Below are positions 53,207 to 64,000 of a stretch of 64,000 nt of DNA, in pieces. Both the position numbers and the translations under genes were made by a program. How positions within the stretch are numbered: position 1 is the stretch's first letter; the number at the start of each line of letters is the position of its first letter. This DNA is from the human T2T-CHM13v2.0 reference genome, Homo sapiens. The notes below the pieces were generated by a model that saw only the letters and a list, made by a program, of their open reading frames with translations, did not search any database and was not told the DNA's origin. The DNA lies in NCBI RefSeq assembly GCF_009914755.1, contig NC_060938.1; one strand, given 5' to 3'.

Positions 53207-53246
<40 letters not shown>
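53207..53246. repeat. (TATC)10 tetranucleotide STR
   Basis: Read directly; followed by degenerate copies to ~53258. Confidence 0.95.
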
Positions 53247-53248
<2 letters not shown>

Positions 53249-53546
53249 ATCTATCTACCACAAAGTTTAAAACAATTGAAGACCTAGAAACATACTGGGT
53301 ATTTCTCATCCTTCCCCTATGGTACCACAATGCCATGTTTTCTATCTCTAGAATATCATTTACTGCCTTATTTTATAAAGGATGTCTGAGTATATATTAT
53401 AAATATAAATAGAATGTAAGATTTTGAGTATATATCTCATGCATTTACTAATATTCCACATAATCCCTGTATGATATCAGCACATAATAGTTATTCAATT
53501 TACTAATTTACAATTAAAAAAATGAAAACAAAGGTAACTAAAGTAA

Positions 53547-53885
<339 letters not shown>

Positions 53886-54514
53886 GATTATACATTTTGA
53901 AAAGCTTAATAAGATACTTTTTGTAATCAACCTCAGGAACAAGTTTCTCCTTATATTTTTGAACTTGTTCATTCTCTCTCCAAATATTTATTGAGAATTC
54001 TGTGGTTTGGTCTTGAATTTACAATGGCAAACAAAACAAATAAAGAACTTTTAATTTAGCACAGACTCAGAGATTAAGAAAATAAATCAATTATTTAGGC
54101 CAAAAACAAGATAAGAACAAATAAATAATAAATGAAGTGCTTCTATAGATTGAATGGTTGGGAAAGGCCTCTCTGAGGAAGAAATATGTGACTTGGGAAC
54201 TGAGGTAGAATGGAAGAGAAGTGCCTTTAGAGAAGGAAATTTTTTGTTGTTGTTAATTTTTTACAAAGGGAGAGAAAAGGGAGCCCTATTGAAGCCAAAT
54301 AGTATGGAGGTCATACTGAGCTTTTCAGACAAAGTTAAAGAGTGTGTAGGGGAAAAACCACAAAACCAATCCTGACGTTCTATGATTTAATGCTATTTTT
54401 CTTTCTGTGGGTGTTTGTGTGTGTGTCTCATATTATTCAAGGTATGCCTTTAGTACAATAACAACCTAATGTATATGTTTATGTTTTTTAAAAGTGACAT
54501 ATACGATTACTATT

Positions 54515-56820
54515 TGATATAGTTTGGCTTTGTGTCCCCACCCAAATCTCTTCTTGAATTGTAATCCCCATGTATCAAGGAATCACCTGGTGGAGGTGAT
54601 TGGATCATGGGGGTGGTTCCCCCCATGCTGTTCTCATTATAGTGACTTCTCATGAGATCTGATGGCTTATAAGTATTTGGCAGTTCCCTGCCCTCTCCTA
54701 CCTCCAAGTAAGATGTGTCTTGCTTCCCCTTCACCTTCCACCATGATTGTAAGTTTCCTGAGGCCTCCCCAGCCATGCAGAACTGTGAATCAATTAAATC
54801 TTTCTTCTTCATAAGTTACCCAGACTCAGGTAGTTCTTTACAGCAGTGTAAAAATGGACTAAGACAGAAAATTGGTACTGAGAGTTTGGGGCATTGCTAT
54901 ACAGATACTTAAAAATGTGGAAGCAACTTTGAAACTGGGTAATGGGCAGAGGTTGAAACAGTTTGTAGGACTCAGAATAAGACAGAAAGATGTGAGAAAG
55001 TTTGGAACTTCCTAGAGACTTGTTGAATGTTTTTGACCAAAATTCTGATAGTGATATGGACAATGAAGTCCAGGCTGAGGTGGTCTCAGATGGAGATGAG
55101 GAACTTATTGTGAACTGGAGCAAAGGTCACACTCTTGCTATGCTTTAGCAAAGAGACTGCTGGCATTTTGCCTCTGTCCTAAAGATCTGTGGTACTTTGA
55201 ACTTGCAAAAGATGATTTAGGGTATCTGGCAGAATAAATTTCTAAGCAGCAAAACATTCAAGTTGTGACCTGGCTTTTTCTGAAAGTGTACAGTTATATG
55301 CATTCACAAAGAGATGATCTGAAATTGGAACTTACGTTCAAAAGGGAAGCAGAACATAGAAGTTTGAAAAATCTGTAGCTTGACCATGCAGTAGAAAAGA
55401 ACAACTCCTTTTCTAGGAATAAATTCAAGCCTGCTGCAGAAATTTGCTTAAGTAATGAAGAGCTGAAGGTTAATAGCCAAGATAATGGGGAAAATGTTTC
55501 TAGGCATTTCAGAGATCTTCATAGCATCCCCTTCCATCACTGGCCTGGAGGCCTAGTAGGGAAAAATGGTTTCCTAGGACCCAGGTGCTCTGTGCACCCT
55601 CGGGACATGGTGCCCTGTGTCCCAGCCATTCCAGCTTTAGCCATGGCTAACAGGAGCCAAGATACCACTCAGGCCATTGCTTCAGAGGGTGCAAGCCCCA
55701 AGCCTTGGCACCTTCCATGTGGTGTTGGGCATGTGGGTGTGCAGAAGACAAGATTTCAGTTTTGGAACCCCTCCGTCAATTTCAGAGGATGTATGAAAAT
55801 GCCTGGATGTCCAGGCAGAAGTCTGCTGCAGGGGCAGAGCCCTCATGGAGAACCTCTATCAGGGCAATGCAGAGGGGAAATATGAGGTTGAAGCCCCCAT
55901 ACAGAGTCCCCACTTGGGCATTGCTTAGTGGAGCTGTGAGAAGAGGGCCACCATCTGCCAGGCCCCAGAATTGTAAGTCCACTGACAGCCTGCATCATGC
56001 GCCTGGAAAAGCCACAGGCACTCAATGCCCACCTGTGAAAGCAGCTGAGGGGACTGTACCTGGCAAAGCCACAGGGGTGGAGCTGCCCAAGACCTGGTAG
56101 CTCACCCCTTGCATCAGCATGTCCTGGATGTGAGACATGGAGTCAAAGGAGATTATTTTGGAACTTTAAGATTTAATGAGTGCCCTGCTGGGTTTCAGAC
56201 TTGCATGGGACCTGTGGTCCCTTTGTTTTGGCCAATGTCTCTCATTTGGAACAAGAACATTTCCCCGATGCCTGTTCCCTCATTGTATCTTGAAAGTAAC
56301 TAACTTGTTTTTGATTTTACAGGCTCATAAGTGGAAGGGACTTGCCTTGTCTTAGATGAGAATTTGGACTTGGACTTTTAAGTTAATGCTGGAATAAGTT
56401 AAGACTTTGGGGGATTGTTGGGAAGGCATGATTAGTTTTGAAATGTGAAAAGGTATGAGATTTGAGAGGGGCTGAGGTGGAATGATATGGTTTGGCTCTG
56501 TGTCAGCTCATCTCGAATTGTAATCCCCAACATGTTGAGGGAGGGACCTGATAGGAGATGATGGGATCATGGGGGCAGTTTCCCTCATGCTGTTCTCATG
56601 ATAGTGAGTTCTCATGACATCTCATGGTTTAAAAAGTGTTTGGCAGTACCTCTCAACCACCTCCATATAAGATGTGCCTTGCTTCCCCTTCTGCTATGAT
56701 TGTAAGTTTCCTGAGGCTTCCCCAGCCATGTGGAACTGTGAGTCAATTAAACCTTTATTTCTTTATAAATTACCCAGTCTTATGTAGTTCCTTATAGCAG
56801 TGTGAAAACAGACTAATACA
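54515..56820 (+). mobile_element. Complete THE1D/MSTA-type MaLR element: 5'LTR 54515-54866, internal 54867-56482, 3'LTR 56483-56820
   Basis: Two LTRs; internal starts aaattggtactgagag...aaaatgtggaagcaactttgaaactggg; purine tract gaggggctgaggtggaa before the 3'LTR; perfect TSD ctatt at 54510-54514 and 56821-56825. Confidence 0.95.
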
Positions 56821-56855
56821 CTATTTTTATGTCTAAATGAACTGAGATCAGATAT

Positions 56856-57405
56856 TAAAGCCAATCTCACGGGGTTAACAAGAATTCTTGACAGAAATTT
56901 AGTTATGATTAAGCATTAATGAGGCTTTACTTTGACCCACTTCCTTGGAACTGAAAGTCAGGTAACGTTAGATACTAGCCATTTGCATCCCCATTGTTCC
57001 CATAGATAAGATTTCTGATGTTAGATAGATAGATCTCTGGTGTTAGAATCGTACAGCTTTTGTTTTAGAATTGCTTCAGTGGATCTTGAATTCCAGCAGA
57101 ACAGCTGATGGATGTTTAAAGACCCTCACAGAAAAACAGACTCAGCATGAGAATGCAGTTTCTTCATCTCCTTGTCCTATGACTTTATCCTGCACTCCTC
57201 AACCAATCAACAATCTCCACACTTTGGCCCATTCCCAGACTCTTAAAAACCCTAGCCCCAAACTCCTGAGAGAGATGGATTTGAGGTTTCCTCCCATCCC
57301 CTTGTTCTGTGGCCCTACAATTAAAACCTCTTTCTCTGCTGCAACTCTGTCTTGGCATATTGACTTGCCCTGCACATCGGGCAATGGACTTCTATTATGG
57401 TTACA
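56856..57405 (+). mobile_element. ERV1 solo LTR (MER72/LTR35-like, uncertain)
   Basis: cacggggttaacaagaattcttgacagaaa...ccatttgcatccccattgttccc...cttaaaaaccctagcccc...aattaaaacctc...ggttaca. Confidence 0.65.
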
Positions 57406-57769
57406 ATAGGAGGAGTTTAAATGTTGAGGAGAAAATCTCATTGATAACCATTTGGGAAGTCGCCTCAGCGTTCTCAGAGATGCTCCCAATTTTTGTCTTT
57501 GTTATGTTGTATGTGGATTCTGCCACATTCAACAAATTGATGAAGGTTTAGAGCACTCTTGGTAATATAAGAATGTTTTAATGACTTTTGATAGAATGTG
57601 TTTTGACTTCTGCTAGTAATTAATGCAATCAAATTAGAATACCTGTATTGAGTATTGGTAAGGACTTTTAAGGTCTTGTAAACCCAACAACAGATCTGTT
57701 TAAGAATCCCCATCAGGTCTTTCAGTTTCTACTTTTATGCTTCTAGTATTAGAAGCTTATTACTTCTCA

Positions 57770-58010
57770 AGTTTGTCTGTTTTATCACCTGGCAACTGTA
57801 GTTTGAAAGCCTTTTTTATGTTAGTGTAAAATCTGGCCTTTTGTAAACTCCACTCATTTTCCTCTTGGGGCAACACAAAACAAGGCTACTTCTTCTCTTA
57901 CTTAGTGGAATTTCAAATATACAAATGCAATTCAATTTCTACATTCTTTCTTTCCTAGCTAAACATTGTCTTAGCTCCTTTGAATTTCATATGAAATGGT
58001 CTATCTCTTA
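57770..58010 (-). mobile_element. L3/CR1 LINE fragment
   Basis: gaaagccttttttatg...tgtaaactccactcatt...ggggcaacacaaaacaagg...ttcctagctaaaca...gctcctttg resembles antisense L3 3' region. Confidence 0.5.
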
Positions 58011-58659
58011 CTGAGTAAATCATCTTCCTGTATCTTACTCTACTCTTGAGTTTTATAGAATTACCCTTTTCAGTCACTGTAAAACCTCTGGTTAGCTCCA
58101 ATTATCATTCACAAGTCTCAGGCACTTGCTAATTTCCTTCCTAAGGAAATGTATTTTATTTCCAAAGGAAATGTAAATATTTTCACCTGTAGAGAGCTAT
58201 GACTTTTTAAAGAGTTTTGTGGGTTTCACAACAATAAGTCCTTCCTTGATGCTTTTTCTTTTCTTCAATGCTATAATCTTCCAGTGTGTTCACAGGTTCT
58301 ACCAACTTGAGATTCCTGGTGGAGATGTTTTATCAATGGGTATGTCTAAAGACATAAAGGCAATATTTCCCATAAAAGTGTATTTCAACTGTCATCCAGT
58401 GAGTGAAATCTTATTAGATGGAGATGATTTTCTGTAGAATGGTTTTAAAAGGAAAGTTAATGGGCCTATTGTCAGTGAGCATAAATACTTCATCCAGAAG
58501 ACAACAATATATTGTGTGTGGTTTAAATCATTGGTTTCCAAACTGAGCTTGGCAAGCACCCTGAGAGTTCCTTGAAGTTGTTCACACAATCACCCATGGG
58601 GAATGGATGTGTGTACAGTGGGTAGCGTCTGTCTTAGCTGGGCTGCTCCACTTCTCCAC

Positions 58660-58968
58660 TTTTTTTTTTTTTTTTTTAGAGAGAGAGATAGGGTCTCACA
58701 CTCTCTCCCAGGCTGGTATGCAGTGGGATGATCACAGCTCACGGCAGCCTTAACCTCCCATGCTCAGGTGAGCCTCCCACCTCAGCCTTTCAAGTAGCTT
58801 GGACTACAGGGGCCTGCAACCATGCCTGGCTACTTTTTTGTTATTTCTTGTAGAAATGGGGTTTTGCCATTTTCCTCAGGCTGGTCTCAAACTCCTGGGC
58901 TCAAGTGATCTGCCACCCTTGGCTTCCCAAAGTGCTGGGATTACAGGCTTGAGCCACTGTGCCTGTCC
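58660..58968 (-). mobile_element. AluJ
   Basis: Poly(T), gatcacagctcacggcagcctt, ctcctgggctcaagtgatc. Confidence 0.95.
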
Positions 58969-59290
58969 TGTTTTTGTTGTTGTTGTTGTTGTTGTTGGTT
59001 TTGTTTTATTTTGAGATGGAGTCTCACTCTGTCACCCATGCTGGAGTGCAGTGGTGCGATGTAGGCTCACTGCAACCTCCACCTCCTGGGTTCAAGCAAT
59101 TCTCTGTGTCAGCCTCCCAATTACCTGGGATTACAGTTGCGCACCACCATGCCTGCTAATTTTTGTATTTTTAGTAGAGACAGGGTTTCACCATGTTTGT
59201 CAGGCTGGTCTTGAACTCCTGACCTTGTGATCCACCCGCCTCGGCCTCCCAAAGTGCTGGGATTACAGGCATGAGCCACTGTGCCTGACC
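58969..59290 (-). mobile_element. AluS with (GTT)n tail, abutting the AluJ
   Basis: (GTT)n ~58976-58997, then gagatggagtctcactctg...gagccactgtgcctgacc. Confidence 0.95.
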
Positions 59291-60843
59291 CTTGTTTGTT
59301 TTTTTAATTTGTCATAAGATTTAGTTGAAGAGATGCTAAAATATTTTGAAAACTACTGGAATCTTTTGAATATTTTGGATACTGTCTTGGGGCTTTTTTC
59401 CTTATAATTAGTGGAATATTTTCATTAAGTATCTTGCTAAACCTGGGATCCTTTGTGACATTGAAGCTTTATGTGTAACAATTAATAAAGATGCCACCTA
59501 CAAGGGCTAATGATGCTAAAGGAAGAAATAAGGATTAGGAATAGGTAAACTCAGGAACTGTTAGGGCCCTGCTGTCATGCAAATGTCATTGATAATGAAG
59601 AAAGGGGAATGAAATTACAGTTCACATGGTTGTATAGAAACAGAATTGTTCCTATACAGAGTGCTTTCTAAAGGCTACCCAAGGCTGTGCAGCTCTTTAA
59701 ATCAGCAAGCCCTTTTTATTTTCAACCACAAAGTGGAAAAAAGCACCTTCTTTTTTCTTTTTCTCTTTCAAGAAATCCAAACTATAAGTATTGTTGAGTC
59801 ACCTTATCGCTTATTGAGGAAGGAAATGCCAGTCCTTTGTAGGTGAATGTAGAAGATTTATGAGGAAAAACCACCAAGAAAAGAGTAGAGAAATGGATCA
59901 TAACAGCATTGGATTTAATATTTTCTTCATTTTACAATGTTCTGTTTTGCTTGACATGTTTACCTTACAAACACTTATATTCCTGGCTCGGAGTTGCTCT
60001 CTAAACATCATGGTGCATAATTAATGTCAAGGTGGAAGGCGATTATGCTGCAAATGCTGCTCCCTCAGCTCTAAAAAGCATTTTGAAAGCCAATTTAGGT
60101 CACACATGGTTCAGTTTCTTAGAAATTTTTCTTAATTGTTCAGCTAAAGAGAATGCTTCAGGGTGTTTATTAACAGACATTCCAATGATTTGTGGATACC
60201 GGGGTGTGTGAATATGTTGGAAGGAGAGGACGGTATCTCACGGGGTGCAGTGGGGTGGAATGTGGCTGGAGAGAGAGACCCCAAGGAGGTTTTTTTTTAA
60301 GTCTTATAGAAATCTAAGCAAAAGAACAGAGCAAGGAACATAATTTAGCTAAAAAGTGTATGAGAAGTTGTGCACTGATTTAAAGAAGAAAATTGTACTT
60401 ATGTTCTTCACCCCAGTAAGTTTCTGAGGTCGACATGGCAGGAGGCACGTCAGGCTGGGAAGCAGATACAAAATACATTTTTAAGTGGACCATTTTTTTT
60501 TATGTTCAGTTGTCATTTGCCTCTATTTCTGAGCCTGCTGCTGACTGGGGGTAACCTGACAAAGCTTGCAGCATCCGTCAATGTAGTCAACCTGATGAAA
60601 GCTTCTTTTGGAGTCTATGGTCATCAAGCCTGGAGCCAGAAAATGTGCTGTCCTAGGGGTGACAGTTAATGTTCCTGGTGGGGAAAGGAAAGAAATAGAG
60701 GATTGCACCAACTTACAGTAGGATAGCACTAGGCCACATCTCCTTCCTTCCATCTCTTCCTTCCCAACTCCATTGCATAATACACATCATATCTCCATGC
60801 ATTTCTCTTAAATTATGTATAGACATAATAAATACTTCTCCTA

Positions 60844-61027
60844 CACACGGACACAGGGAGGGGAACATCACTGCCTGTCGCGGGGTGGGATGGAATTAGG
60901 AGAAATACCTAATGTAGATGATGGGTTGATGGGTGCAGCAAACCACCATGGCACATGTATGCCTATGTAACAAACCTCCACGTTCTGCACATGTACCCCA
61001 GAACTTAAAGTATAACAAAAAATAACC
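60844..61027 (+). mobile_element. L1PA (L1PA7/8-like) 3' end, ~184 bp
   Basis: ggacacagggaggggaacatcac...gtgcagcaaaccaccatggcac...cagaacttaaagtataa; perfect TSD aaatacttctccta at 60830-60843 and 61028-61041. Confidence 0.95.
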
Positions 61028-61667
61028 AAATACTTCTCCTATGTAATCACCAGGTGTATTAAGCAGGCAATTAAGAAGTGGAATCTACAGCTGGGATTCT
61101 TCAGCAAGGAACTTGGTGAGGAAGGGCTCCCAGGTGAAACCCGTAAAGAAATGAAAGAAGCAAGAGAGCAGGAGACCGTGGGGAGAAAGCTCTGCCTGAT
61201 TCCCCAGGAATCTCTGGATTTTGGCACCACAGGCTTGTCCTACTTTGAGGCAAGGAAGAGCTAGCAATTTATATTCTGTTATTCTAATATCCATTCATCG
61301 TTGGCGATGGGCTACCCCTGGAAGGAGAACAAAACCTCTCAAGCATTTTCTAGGGGTGGCTCCACTCAGGTTGCTAAGGGGGGTTCTCATGAGAAGAAAG
61401 CATTTGTGAGCTGCTATTAGTCAGACTCAGAACAGTCGGAGGATGAAGACACTACTATCAGGTAAACATATCTTGCCAAGGGCATCAACAGCATTAACTA
61501 CACCATGCAAAATGTCCATTTTGTTTAGCAATTTGTTTATGGCAGGGATACCCCAGGACAGAGAAAAGCTAAATCTTCATGTGAAGAGAATTACTGGAGA
61601 TATGGGGCAGGGGTTTTTTGTCCCACACAGTTTTCTGTCTGTATCTTTAGTTTTAGTTTTATGAAAT

Positions 61668-61891
61668 CCTACAGCAAACATTGACTGTACGGGCAAGATA
61701 ATAATTATTTTATACTTTGCAGGCCAGATGTTCTCTATTAAGCTCTGCTGTTGTAGCATTAAAACAGCTATATAAACAGCTATATAGAACACATATAAAC
61801 TAATGGGTAAGGCCGTGTTCTAATAAAGCTTTATTTACAAAATCAGGTTGTGGGCTGGATTTGGCCAGCAGGCTGTAGTTTTCTGATCCCA
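61668..61891 (+). mobile_element. MER58A (hAT-Charlie) DNA transposon
   Basis: ctttgcaggcca...ctctgctgttgtagc...gtgttctaataaagctttatttacaaaa...ggctggatttggcc...gctgtagttt. Confidence 0.8.
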
Positions 61892-63289
61892 ATATAGGAG
61901 GTAACGCAGAGAAGGAGGATCACTTTTTAATTCATCTAACATAGCATTAACTTTTCACTTCCGGCAAAGAGTTTATAACTAACATATCTTCCAATTTGGG
62001 TTAAGAGTATATGCTTTGCAGTCATAAAGACCAGAATTGCATTTCTGTCCCTTTCTAGGTCACCCATTTCAGAGGGTCATATTGAGGAATATATAAAAGA
62101 ATATATTTAGTGCACTTATAATATGGTGGCTGGCACTAAATAAGTGCCTAAATAAGTGATACTTTGTTATTATTATTGTTCTCTTCCATGGAACATTGTT
62201 TTATAATTAGTGTTCCCTGGAATGATTATTATTTTTGTTCAGTGTCTGATTTACTTCTGAGACCTTGTGAGTTTGATAATTAAGTTTTGCAGAACAAATA
62301 TGGCTACAAAGGAAAGGCCTGTTTTCTCACATCGAGATCAAGACCAAGACCTGTGCTTCGTGATTTTCTAATTTCTCTCTTCCTTTTGCTTGGCAGAGAT
62401 AGATGGGATAAAGATTTATAAAATAGATCCTCATCTAGAGATGGAATTGATGTTGTGGAGGAATTAAACCAGATGGGAGGCTAGTAGAAAACTGCACATA
62501 TAAATGGGTCCTATTTGCTATAACAAATAACTACTAGAGGGGCAAAATGAAAATGACCTGTGATAGCATCTTATTTTGGCCATTCCTATGATCACCACTT
62601 GCCTCAATGACTCACTGAATGCTTGAATGAGTTTCGAACTCCATTGGGTGTAAGTCAAAACAATTTTCACTTGTTTCATTTACCTTCCAATATAGCATGC
62701 AGGCAAGCCTTGGATTGAAGGCTTGATCTAAAACAGAGCTGCCTCTCTGTGTTTCTCAGGGAGGAAAAAAATGTGAGCAAAAATGTTTCTTGCCTCTAAG
62801 GAGCCTCTGAAGTTGGCCCCTGTTCCAGGGAAGAAGCTGGAAGGCCCAGCGCTGCTGATACAGATTCATTGAGGAAGTATACTCCTCAGAGGCAAGCCAT
62901 CCATCATTACTTACTGGCTGGGCTTTCCCTTCCCAGACAACTACATAATGTCCAAGTTGGACTTACAACTTTGCATTAGCTCAGGGGAAACAAATGGCAC
63001 ACCTTCCGTAGGTTAAATGGATTGGGCCATCCAAGAAAATCTGTTTTATGGAACCATTTGGCTTACTGAACAGCCTCATGTTACAGATAAATGAAACCCT
63101 ACAGCAAAGGAGCCAAACCTGCATTTTAGTTATTTTTGCAGAAGTGGAGCCATTTGTTGCCAGAAAAAGTTCAGCTTCATGAAAATGGACTTTGAGAACA
63201 CTAGACTGGGAATATGCTTTGCTTTTCAAATAAAATCCCTGTTTCTCATTATGGCTATAAACACCTCAGTCTTATGCCACTTTTCCTCT

Positions 63290-64000
<711 letters not shown>

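Noticed and set aside
55592-56303. ORFs of 60-131 aa in the THE1 interior
   Set aside because: Broken remnants of MaLR internal sequence

Overview
This is AT-rich primate (most likely human) intronic or intergenic DNA. The evidence is 13 Alu copies, L1PA/L1PB, THE1 and other primate LTRs, and many older MIR/L2/L3/MER/MLT remnants. There is no CpG island, no recognisable intact protein-coding gene and no prokaryotic-type system; the ORF track is almost all repeat-derived or chance ORFs. Well-supported landmarks are: a processed RPL9 pseudogene (- strand, ~42291-43027) inserted into an L2; a near full-length HSMAR2 mariner interrupted by an AluJ at its start codon; a 5'-inverted (twin-primed) L1PB; a complete LTR-int-LTR THE1/MaLR element with a perfect 5-bp TSD; and several solo LTRs with TSDs. 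The most interesting unexplained signal is a chain of small - strand candidate exons with strong splice sites (10137-10258, 5642-5681, 4090-4117, optionally an MLT2-derived exon at 2670-2804). They join in one reading frame behind a strong-Kozak ATG and sit downstream of a promoter-like motif cluster. This is a hypothesis only. A pre-miRNA-like hairpin (50339-50394) and an AT-rich inverted/direct repeat block (27860-28210) are also flagged. Repeat subfamily names were assigned by eye from remembered consensus sequences and need RepeatMasker/Dfam confirmation.
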